A DNA stretch of 64,000 bases from Minisyncoccia bacterium (GTDB taxonomy: Bacteria > Patescibacteriota > Minisyncoccia > Phycocordibacterales > UBA9973). The stretch spans positions 24,638 to 88,637 of the forward strand of contig JBGATK010000003.1 in assembly GCA_044229265.1 (NCBI GenBank), in the 5' to 3' direction. A program made the translations under genes and the position numbers. The notes beneath the pieces are model-generated. The model made no database searches. It had not been told where the DNA came from and saw only the letters and a program-made list of their open reading frames with translations. This document shows, one piece after another, positions 7,502 to 15,743 of this stretch (its first letter is position 1; every line of letters begins with the position of its first letter).

Positions 7502-8357
7502 AAGTTTTATTTATTCTTATAATGTTTTCAATTTCCTTCGACTTTTCAGAATATATACTGATTTCTTCTTTTGAAATTTGTTTGCCTTCCATAATCTTTT
7601 GAGCTAGTTTCTTCAGCACATCCTCAGAAACTAGACCTGTATCTACAAATCTTTCTAATTCTTCTTTGGAAATGGTGCTCTCGTTTTCTATAGTTTCATC
7701 AACTAAAAGATCTATGCCTTTGGTGCGATATTTCTTGAGTTGTATGGAAATCTCTATGAAGAACTTTTCTTCGGGTTTAAGGTTTGCGGATTCTCTTTGT
7801 AAATATGATTCAAGCGAAGCCCAGTCATCCATGGCTTTGGCTGTGAGGTCGAGTATTTCTGAGGTGCGCTTATCTCCATTCACATTTTCCATTTTCTCAT
7901 ATGCTTCTTGCCAGATATTTTGAATTTTGGAAAATTCGCTACCCAGCTCTTCGGTAGTATATCTTTTATTTTCTTTTGATAAATTTACGATTTCTTCCTC
8001 ACTGACTTTTTGTGTGTTTTCCATTGGTGCTTTTTCGCGCGCGCCGAGCACTTTCGCAAGTGCAAGAGCCGAAGCATAAATTTCTTGCTTTGTAGGACCA
8101 CCTTGTTCAGGAGAGAGCATTTTGCTTGCTTCTCTGTTTTGCGCTATTTCAACCCTATGTTTTTCCAATATGGAAAGTGGTTTTGCATATTCAAACTCAC
8201 GTCTGTATTCCAGAAGTGATTTTACTATGGATTTTGCGAAACTTAGCCTTAAGTTATACCAAAAAGAATTTTTTTTTGCTTCATTTTGACGCACATCCCG
8301 AGCGGTACTTTTAGCTCTTTCTCCATCAAAATTCACACTAAAGATTGATTCACTCAT
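7494..8357 (-). CDS. hypothetical protein (287 aa), first gene of a two-gene operon
   Basis: ORF with an 8-bp overlap to the downstream ORF. No recognised motifs. Confidence 0.5.
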   Translation of the reverse strand: MSESIFSVNFDGERAKSTARDVRQNEAKKNSFWYNLRLSFAKSIVKSLLEYRREFEYAKPLSILEKHRVEIAQNREASKMLSPEQGGPTKQEIYASALALAKVLGAREKAPMENTQKVSEEEIVNLSKENKRYTTEELGSEFSKIQNIWQEAYEKMENVNGDKRTSEILDLTAKAMDDWASLESYLQRESANLKPEEKFFIEISIQLKKYRTKGIDLLVDETIENESTISKEELERFVDTGLVSEDVLKKLAQKIMEGKQISKEEISIYSEKSKEIENIIRINKTYA

Positions 8358-8387
8358 AGCTATATTATATCACAAAATTGCATTTGC

Positions 8388-8654
8388 TTGGGAATGGATT
8401 ATAATCATTTTATGACTGATTTAGAGACAAATTTTACCCACCCCGAACTCCAAAAAGGAGAGGTTTTCTTTACAAATGCAGATCTTTCTCAGTTCAACGC
8501 TCTGGAGTTTAAATCAAAGCGAATGGGTAAAGTGGCGTATGATGGAAATGGAAATATGCAAAATCACGAGAATTGGTTTCCTGTATTCATAAATAATACG
8601 GAAGTAGAGACTTCCGGCTTTTCTCTTATGGAGTTGCGTAGGAAGCAAAATTAA
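8388..8654 (+). CDS. hypothetical protein (88 aa)
   Basis: ORF only. Confidence 0.35.
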   Translation: MGMDYNHFMTDLETNFTHPELQKGEVFFTNADLSQFNALEFKSKRMGKVAYDGNGNMQNHENWFPVFINNTEVETSGFSLMELRRKQN

Positions 8655-8760
8655 AATTAAAAAATTAAAATCCATTGCGATGCCTATTGCAATCTTTTTT
8701 TATATAAAAAAACACTTCCGACAAAGTTGCCGGAAGTGTAATTGGTAAATTCTTTATTTA

Positions 8761-9102
8761 TCAAGATTCAATAAAATCTAAGGATTTTCTGTCTAATAAT
8801 TCAATCCTTGTACCAAAATAAAGAAAAACAGCTAAAAATCCTCCTGCAAATGCATTTATTGCACTTGCAAAATAGCACAAACTTACATCATGTCGTGAAA
8901 AAAAATATTCCAAAACAATATTGCAAATTACGGCTAATGCTATTACAAAGAATCCTTCGATTCCATACCCAAGATAGAGTAAAATCATTATTGCTATCAA
9001 TGGGGTGAGGATTTGAGCAAAAAGCATTAACGTGCTTTCAAAAAACATGCCTGTCACTCCAAAAGCACAAATGAGTGTGGCTAACAAAACTTTTGTTTTC
9101 AT
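8761..9102 (-). CDS. hypothetical integral membrane protein (113 aa)
   Basis: Three or four hydrophobic helices. Confidence 0.45.
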   Translation of the reverse strand: MKTKVLLATLICAFGVTGMFFESTLMLFAQILTPLIAIMILLYLGYGIEGFFVIALAVICNIVLEYFFSRHDVSLCYFASAINAFAGGFLAVFLYFGTRIELLDRKSLDFIES

Positions 9103-9808
9103 AATTACAAATTTAAGAAATTTAGAAAATTATTTTTCGTCTTTGTATTCATCTGCGTCAGGAACAAATCCTTTTAGAAATTCAGTGGCTACTGCTAAAA
9201 AGTTTTCTACTGATTCTCTTTTCTGAATGAAATCATGCATATTTTTTTCAAAATCGTATTTCATTTGTTCGCAGAGATGTTTTAAGAGTACTAGCTGTAA
9301 GTCTCTTAGAATACAGTATTCTTTATTTCGTTGAAGTAATGTGCCAGCTTCTTTGCTAGTTTCAATCTTCGTCTAATCTTTTAAAGCAAGCCTCGGCTTT
9401 ATCAAGAAATTTTGAAAAAAATAACGGGTAAAATCCGTTAATAGGAACGTTTGGTTGATGCATAAATTTTAATTTAATGTGGTTTAACAATAATTTTTCA
9501 AATAAGATATTAAAATTAAGATACCACAAAAATAGATTTTTGGCAATAAAAAAGGGCCTGTATAGCCGGCGCGTGCTTTTTACTTATCACCACATACTAC
9601 CCAATACAGCACATGCATCCCAAAAATATTTAAAACTCGCCTCTGCCAGTTTTCTGTCCTTTGCTGTGATTATGAGTTTTTTATTTTTCATGGACTTTCT
9701 TGATTTATTTTTGATGGGTGATTTGTCTTTCAAAGAAAAGAAAAAAGTTAGAATGTAAGGTGCCCCATTCTTAAGACAAAAAGTTAACCAATTAAATGTA
9801 TTGTATTC

Positions 9809-10726
9809 CTAAGCGATTTTTTTAGCAAATTTCTTTGTAAACTCTCTCGGCGACATACGCAGAGCCGTGTGTATTCGAGAGGTATTGTAAATATGTATGG
9901 TGTGGTAAATCTCATAAACCAGTTCTCCTAAAGTATCAAACCTGTTGGTATCTCCAAGATCAATCTTGAACTTATCATAGTAGCTTTCTTGATACCCATT
10001 CTGCCAAGGTGATCCTTTAGCTGACATTGAAATTTGGATACCACCAGATGTGCAAAAATCTTGAAATATTTCTGAAGTATATTCACTGCCTTGATCGGAG
10101 TGAATGATATCCGGTCGTGGATGATCCATGAGGGCACTGACTAAAGCTTGCAACACTAGAGCGCTAGAATGATTTGCTAGTACACAAACTCCGACTATCT
10201 CTCGATTGTAAATATCTTCAACTGTAGCCACATAAATGAACCTATTCTTGTACCAGAGATATGTAAAATCTGTCACCCAGATTTGATTCATTCTTGTTAG
10301 CGGAGTGGTAATTAACAGATTCGGATATTCTTCATAATCCGTTGATTTTACTCGTTTCCACGGCTTCCTGTGCCTTCTATATGGCTTGATGCCATAGATC
10401 TTCATTACCCGAAGTATTCTTTTCTTGTTTAGCTTGAGCTCTATTGCCAGCCTCTTGTGTCCATAACTAGGAAAAGTCTCCCACACCTTCTCTATTTGTT
10501 TTTTAATTTCTCCATCTTCACTTCTCTTCTTGCTTTTGTAATACAAAGAACTTCTAGAAACTTCAAATATCTCATGAAGCTTCTTATGGTTTACCGCCAC
10601 CCCTTTTTTTGTCCAACCCCTAGTTGGACTGTGAGCTCTCCGATGATTTGCTTTAATTCCTTGTTTTCTTTGGTGAGCTTCATTATCTCTTTGGATGTTG
10701 TTCCTTCGACACCACTTTTTAACCAT
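9809..10726 (-). CDS. IS3 transposase OrfB (DDE integrase core), probably expressed as an OrfAB fusion by -1 frameshift
   Basis: Integrase-core motifs (WVTDFTY..., HSDQGSEYTS, SPWQNG). The frame is -1 relative to OrfA. Confidence 0.8.
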   Translation of the reverse strand: MVKKWCRRNNIQRDNEAHQRKQGIKANHRRAHSPTRGWTKKGVAVNHKKLHEIFEVSRSSLYYKSKKRSEDGEIKKQIEKVWETFPSYGHKRLAIELKLNKKRILRVMKIYGIKPYRRHRKPWKRVKSTDYEEYPNLLITTPLTRMNQIWVTDFTYLWYKNRFIYVATVEDIYNREIVGVCVLANHSSALVLQALVSALMDHPRPDIIHSDQGSEYTSEIFQDFCTSGGIQISMSAKGSPWQNGYQESYYDKFKIDLGDTNRFDTLGELVYEIYHTIHIYNTSRIHTALRMSPREFTKKFAKKIA

Positions 10727-10854
10727 TCGTATATCGTAGTTTTACTAATGCCATGTTCCTCTGATATTTCTTTGATTGTTTTACCACTCGTCTTTACTCT
10801 TTCCAATATTTGATTTTTTAGATCTTTACCCACTCTAAATTTTTTATTAGACAT
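10591..10854 (-). CDS. IS3 transposase OrfA (HTH)
   Basis: HTH motif ISKTTIYEW and a leucine-zipper-like region; ends at the frameshift window. Confidence 0.75.
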   Translation of the reverse strand: MSNKKFRVGKDLKNQILERVKTSGKTIKEISEEHGISKTTIYEWLKSGVEGTTSKEIMKLTKENKELKQIIGELTVQLGVGQKKGWR

Positions 10855-10947
10855 ATGCTCAATTAAAATTACTGGTATATCGACTATTATACCGCTAATC
10901 TTGGTTGAAAATGTGTCTTAATTTTGGGGTACCTGTCAGAACGAATA

Positions 10948-11115
10948 ATGAATTTATTTTCTAAAAAATCTACAATCACGAATGATGAAGTAGAAAAACT
11001 TTTGCATTGCTCGGATGCAACGGCAACGAGATATCTCTCACAACTAGAAAAAGAAAATAAGATAAAAAGAAATGGGAAAGAGCGAGGTAAGTATGTATCA
11101 TATTCTAAAATCTAG
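10948..11115 (+). CDS. small winged-helix/HTH protein or C-terminal fragment of an IS-disrupted gene (55 aa)
   Basis: The listed ORF starts inside the IS terminal repeat. Internal Met at 10948. An HTH-like stretch ATRYLSQLEKENKIKR. Confidence 0.35.
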   Translation: MNLFSKKSTITNDEVEKLLHCSDATATRYLSQLEKENKIKRNGKERGKYVSYSKI

Positions 11116-11172
11116 ATAAAAAAATCCCCGAGTGAACGAGGATTTATATAATCATATTTGAAACTTGTAAAT

Positions 11173-11532
11173 CTAACTACCTAAAAAATTATTTCTGTTA
11201 TCATCGTTATCAAATAACGGTACATATTCCATATCTTCTGCGGTTGGGAACGCAAGTTTTGTTGTATTTCTTATGTTTGCCCATTTTTCATCATCAATCT
11301 GGTTTAGCTCAATGTTCCTTAGCTTGTTGTCTTCAAGTATTTTTAAGACTTCCACAGATTCTTTGTTCTCTTCAAACCATTTGGAAAATTGTCTGTATTC
11401 CTCCAGTTTTTGTTTCCCGTTCTTGAGTGTAGAGATTTGATCATAATGATGTATGAAAAGCCTGTCTAAAAATGGAACATTTTGGATGTAAGTTTCAAAT
11501 AGCTTCAAAAATTTTTCATTTTGCGTATTCAT
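11173..11532 (-). CDS. hypothetical small protein, paralog A (119 aa)
   Basis: Shares motifs with 12139..12456 (F/Y..P..HHY, WFE(E/K)NKES.VVL, C-terminal (P/G)LFDN). Confidence 0.55.
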   Translation of the reverse strand: MNTQNEKFLKLFETYIQNVPFLDRLFIHHYDQISTLKNGKQKLEEYRQFSKWFEENKESVEVLKILEDNKLRNIELNQIDDEKWANIRNTTKLAFPTAEDMEYVPLFDNDDNRNNFLGS

Positions 11533-11548
11533 GATTTTTGTATTTTAA

Positions 11549-11600
11549 GTGAATAATAAGTTTTCAGAAAAATAGCTTTCGCTGAAAACTTATTATTCAC
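11549..11600. promoter_or_regulatory. Perfect 19-bp inverted repeat (GTGAATAATAAGTTTTCAG / CTGAAAACTTATTATTCAC) with a 14-nt spacer, just upstream of paralog A
   Basis: Seen in sequence. Role as a terminator, operator or leader structure is unresolved. Confidence 0.5.
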
Positions 11601-11617
11601 TGTATTTATCAAAGTAC

Positions 11618-11813
11618 CTTATATCTGTATATTCTGCCTTTTTCCCTGTATTGTCAATCTAATTTAGGGAGCAGAAAGGTGCGCGAAAGGGAGGGTGGGT
11701 AAGCACCTGTATTCTGCGCCTTCAGGCATTTCCGCTAGGGTGTTCAGGGCTAAATGACGAGCGCCACGGTGTATTGCAAATTAATTCTCGAAGACGAAAG
11801 TCATACTCTCTAA
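11618..11813 (+). repeat. Structured repeat R, copy 1 (about 196 nt); candidate ncRNA
   Basis: Conserved 5' block (CCTTATATCTGTATATTCTGCC...TGTATTGTCAATC), a variable stem-loop, then a 90-nt conserved 3' block shared with 13496..13713. Confidence 0.6.
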
Positions 11814-12138
11814 TGAAATTAGTAGCTAGAGTATGCGGCTTATTGACATTTCCATTTAAGTCCATCATGTCTCCAGTAATACATAGAATATCAATCGAAG
11901 TTCTTGCTCTAGAATATAAAAATTCCTACAATCTCTCTAAGAACAATTTAATTTTATCATTATCCAACTTTATACCTTTACTTAGATCTTCACTTAAATG
12001 GAAATCCGTTAGATGCAAAATATATATTGGGTTTGACATTTATTTATTGTATAGTTCTTTCAATAATTGAGAAAATTAATTTAATATAATAAAAAAGGTC
12101 ATCTATATGATGACCTTAAATAAATCTTAAGAATTAAA

Positions 12139-12456
12139 TTAATTATCAAAAAGACCTATAGGCTCTTCAACACTAGCCAATGTTGGCATCATGAATTTTA
12201 TCTTGCCTCGTTCTAAATTAATCTCATTTCTTCTATTTTGAATCAACTTCTGTATTTGATTTTCGTGCTTATCAAAAACAGATAAAACAACCTGTGATTC
12301 CTTATTTTTTTCGAACCACGTATCAAATGAATCAAAATCTGCCAATTTAGTTTCAGGATCCAATTCTACATAATAATGATAAAGTAGTACTCCATTATAT
12401 GGAAAACGCGTTAAGTAAGCTTCTAACATTGTTAGAAAAATCTGTTCTTTGTGCAT
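12139..12456 (-). CDS. hypothetical small protein, paralog B (105 aa)
   Basis: Paralog of 11173..11532. Confidence 0.55.
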   Translation of the reverse strand: MHKEQIFLTMLEAYLTRFPYNGVLLYHYYVELDPETKLADFDSFDTWFEKNKESQVVLSVFDKHENQIQKLIQNRRNEINLERGKIKFMMPTLASVEEPIGLFDN

Positions 12457-12497
12457 TTTATAAAATTTTAGCCGTTGGGCTTCTATAAAAACATAGA

Positions 12498-12544
12498 TTT
12501 ACCACAGCCAAAAAGCTTTATCATTACCTTTTGGCTGTGGTAAA
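12498..12544. promoter_or_regulatory. Perfect 16-bp inverted repeat (TTTACCACAGCCAAAA / TTTTGGCTGTGGTAAA) upstream of paralog B
   Basis: Seen in sequence. Same arrangement as the hairpin upstream of paralog A but with a different sequence. Confidence 0.5.
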
Positions 12545-12665
12545 TCCAATACCATTTACAAGGTTCAAATATATGATTTACATTAATTATGCCAAAAGCT
12601 AAAATATAAATCAAGTAATCTCAGGTGATTAAAAATATAACGCAATAAAAGGAGAAGAGATCAAA

Positions 12666-12884
12666 GTGCTTAGATTCCTCCGTTATTATTCAGTCTTTAA
12701 TGTTGAAGACATTGAAGGTGCTGAATTAGACCTAAACCGGTTTAAAGAGGTAAAATTGACCGATAGCTTGATAGAAAACAGCTCTTCTTATCTTATGAAT
12801 GTCCTCAAAGAAGACCCGAAATATATCTTCAAGATTTCGGCTGAAGCTCAAAAGGCTGTGAACCTAATAATAGGTGCTCATTGA
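12666..12884 (+). CDS. hypothetical protein (72 aa), GTG start with an AAGGAG ribosome-binding site
   Basis: ORF with a well-spaced Shine-Dalgarno-like AAGGAG. Confidence 0.4.
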   Translation: MLRFLRYYSVFNVEDIEGAELDLNRFKEVKLTDSLIENSSSYLMNVLKEDPKYIFKISAEAQKAVNLIIGAH

Positions 12885-13495
12885 GTTGATTAATTGTAAT
12901 TTTAATTAGGAATTGCTATAATTTAACAAAGTTATAATTTTGCTCATTGTCAGTTAAAATTAATAATAGGACAGAGGTATATATATAAATATTATTTATA
13001 TATGTATATAAAATATTCATTATCAAGCTTATGATTATGAAAATAATCTTAATTTTCCTTGGATTTTATAGTAAGATAGATTATATTCGCCTAATTTTAT
13101 TGAACAGGATAGAAAAAGACGAAGCAGTCAATATTTTCAACCTGAACTCAATTTTCAAGTCAATATTATTGATAGTAGTAACTAAAATAAAAGTGGGCAC
13201 CTGTTAGGTACCCACAACGCTCATAAGAGCAGGTGGAGTATTAAATGTAATACCAAGTGTTCTAATGCAATTCTGAGTTGCCTTAGATTTTCAGCTTTAG
13301 TATTATCATTCCTCCACTTTTGGAGAAAAGTAAAAATACTCATAAGAACAAATTTTACATTTCTCCAGTTATCTCAAAAGCGCTAATAATTACATTAGCG
13401 CTTTTATTTTTTAATCATTAGTAGAGAAGAAACTGTTCAGAAACAAAAAAGCCACCTAGATGGTGGTGGTGCAATGAGGGGTGGAATGTCGCGTG

Positions 13496-13713
13496 CCTTA
13501 TATCTGTATATTCTGCCTTTTCCTCTGTATTGTCAATCAAGGGAGGCAACTTCGTGCACGCAAGGGTGGGAGCCCCGACGTAATCGTCGGAGCTGGGGGC
13601 AAGCACGAGGCTTCTGCGCCTTCAGGCATTTCCGCTAGGGTGTTCAGGGCTAAATGACGAGCGCCACGGTGTATTGCAAATGAGTTCTCGAAGACGAAAG
13701 TCATACTCTCTAA
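13496..13713 (+). repeat. Structured repeat R, copy 2 (about 218 nt)
   Basis: Same conserved 5' and 3' blocks as copy 1. The variable stem carries compensatory changes (GGTGC/GCACC in copy 1, CGTGC/GCACG in copy 2). Confidence 0.6.
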
Positions 13714-13865
13714 CAGCTATATTGAAAAAGAGGATGGGGGTTGGCGTAACCGCTGGGGGAAGGAACACTTCCTTCCCCCAACTAGTGGTGTGCAATTTTC
13801 TTTTCCTGAACGGCTCATTTCTTCCCATTTTAGCCGTTCCTTGTAAAATGCACACCTCCTAGGCT

Positions 13866-13900
13866 GGCGCTCGAGCCCTAGCGGAAATGCCTGAGGCGGA
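13866..13900 (-). repeat. Partial inverted copy of the R core (R3)
   Basis: CCCTAGCGGAAATGCCTGAGGCG is the reverse complement of the R core CGCCTTCAGGCATTTCCGCTAGGG. Confidence 0.5.
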
Positions 13901-14029
13901 TGCCGAGGGTGCCACCCTTTAGCACTGAACACAATACTACAGAAATGAAAGAAGGCTCAATATAAAAACTGAATTTTGCATTTAAATTTCACACTTCCTT
14001 CTTTGAAGGAAGTTGACCGAGCCCATCGC

Positions 14030-14286
14030 CCATACCAAATCAAAAGAAACCCCCGCCGAATCATAAAGAATGCTTGTCCGCCAACACTTCGCAAAGCGAA
14101 GTGGGCGGAGGATTGCGATGGGACTCGGGCAGGATGCCGAGCTTGCTCGGCATCTGTTGAATTTGATAGAATTAAGATATTAGTAGAGCGTAAGAATTAA
14201 TTTAAATTAACACTTTGCGTGGAGCGTACACAATCATTCATTTGGTCCTCAAAAAAAGTTCGCGCATTGGTAATGATTAGACCACA
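14030..14286. repeat. Long inverted repeat IR-A', right copy
   Basis: Reverse complement of 6098..6356. The outer end ...GATTAGACCACA mirrors the X'/IR-A junction. Confidence 0.9.
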
Positions 14287-14503
14287 CTTATAAAAAAGAG
14301 TCTTCGCAAGAAGGCCTTTTTTATTGTGTGGAACGTAAGCAAAGTATCTATTTACTTTGCGTCAGGACGAGAAAAGCTTTTCGTTACAAATTTTGATTAA
14401 AATCAAAATTTGTCGAAAAGGTATACTGTTCCTGTAAGGAAAGAGTCCTCTACTGTCCACAAATTTTAAAGCCATTTCTATGATGTAGAAATGGCTTTGT
14501 TTT

Positions 14504-14848
14504 TTAATACGTTGTCTGCATTTTACGTAATAAGACATATATCCTCTTTGTTATGCCTATTATTTCCCACAAGCGTGGATCCAACTCACGTGCACCTTCC
14601 CAGGATTGATGATGTAATAAAATTTCATGGAAATCTACAAGCGATTTTAAATGATGATTTACATCTTTCCAATTGTGGTTGTTAAAATCTTCATCAAAAA
14701 GGAAATTTTCGACAAAGTCAAAAGATTCCTTTCTTTTTTCAAATTCGGTATTAATTTCAGGGCCGAACTTTATAAAGTTATTAATGCCACTGAAAAAAAC
14801 AGTGGTTCGTGCTCGGTCAAAAGCTGTGAGTTTTTCTGTCTGCATCAT
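14504..14848 (-). CDS. hypothetical protein (114 aa)
   Basis: ORF followed on the minus strand by a hairpin at 14468..14500. Confidence 0.4.
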   Translation of the reverse strand: MMQTEKLTAFDRARTTVFFSGINNFIKFGPEINTEFEKRKESFDFVENFLFDEDFNNHNWKDVNHHLKSLVDFHEILLHHQSWEGARELDPRLWEIIGITKRIYVLLRKMQTTY

Positions 14849-14974
14849 TGGGTAATTAAATTTTTTAAAAAAGAATTTGTTTCTATATTCAAACTAACAC
14901 AAAAATAAAAAAAGTCCAAACAAAAATCCCCCATCAAATAAGGGGGATTTTTGTTAATTTAATTGAAAATTAAA

Positions 14975-15682
14975 TTACATATTACTTGAAGCCATCGCTT
15001 GAGGCTCACTCATACTCTTGCCTTTGTAGAAAACTCCACCTAAAAGCAATACGAAACCAACCACAGAAGAAATACCTATAAGCCAGTATCCAGTATCTTG
15101 TGACACAGAACCTGCTGCTAGGAAACGGAAAGCCCATGTGAAAGTAATGAGCAAAATACCAACAGAAAACATTATAGAACGCATACGCACTAAAGCACTG
15201 TCGGATTGCATACCTACTACTAGTAAAACCAATGCTGAAGGCACCCATACTGCATACATAAGCCATTGATCAAGCTGGCTCAATATACTAGTAATACCTG
15301 AACCCAAACCAGAAAGGTCTAGACCTGCAATACCTGCAAGCTGGAAAAGTGTTCTGCAAAGAGCTAATAGCAAAAACACACCTATCCAAAAACCTTTTTG
15401 TTTTCCTTCTGTGCCAGCATACATCATAAGTATGAAAGCTATCATTGAAACCCAAAGCACAAGGTCAGAAATAAGGAACATAACACTTTGTGTAGTGCCA
15501 CTTGTTTTTAGTATTGTGAAAGAAATTAAAAACAAAAACACGAATGTAGAAACAAAATAATAAGAGAGGTATTTTACCTTCTCTGGCGCAGGTTGCATTT
15601 TCGCCTTACGCATATAAAGAATTATCCAAGACAGAACCACTATCACTGCATCAGCTAAAGCTGTAAAACCTATAAATTCCAT
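14975..15682 (-). CDS. integral membrane protein (235 aa, roughly 7 transmembrane segments)
   Basis: Hydrophobicity pattern. Terminator hairpin at 14918..14950. Confidence 0.6.
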   Translation of the reverse strand: MEFIGFTALADAVIVVLSWIILYMRKAKMQPAPEKVKYLSYYFVSTFVFLFLISFTILKTSGTTQSVMFLISDLVLWVSMIAFILMMYAGTEGKQKGFWIGVFLLLALCRTLFQLAGIAGLDLSGLGSGITSILSQLDQWLMYAVWVPSALVLLVVGMQSDSALVRMRSIMFSVGILLITFTWAFRFLAAGSVSQDTGYWLIGISSVVGFVLLLGGVFYKGKSMSEPQAMASSNM

Positions 15683-15743
15683 AATTAATTTTAAATAAAA
15701 AATAAATTAATAATATCGACTTTTTGCTTATCAAATAAGCTTT

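Larger units (their letters stand above)
9759..10933 (-). mobile_element. IS3-family insertion sequence
   Basis: OrfA (HTH) and OrfB (DDE integrase, HSDQGSEYTS) in -1 frame relationship, with an A9G slippery run near 10607-10615. Imperfect terminal inverted repeats GGTGCCCCATTCTTAAGACAAA and GGTACCCCAAAATTAAGACACA. Confidence 0.8.

Noticed and set aside
11774-12070. ORFs 11774-12070 and 13674-13862 sharing the N-terminus MQ(I/M)(N/S)SRRRKSYSL
   Set aside because: The shared N-terminus is encoded by the conserved 3' block of repeat R. The downstream parts are unrelated, low-complexity or hydrophobic, and one is Gly-rich. More likely non-coding.
11618-13713. Repeat R as a group II intron, retron or bridge-RNA element
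   Set aside because: No reverse transcriptase, IS110/IS621-type recombinase or intron ORF nearby. No GUGYG 5' end or domain V. R is not RNase P, since a genuine rnpB lies at 21.7 kb.
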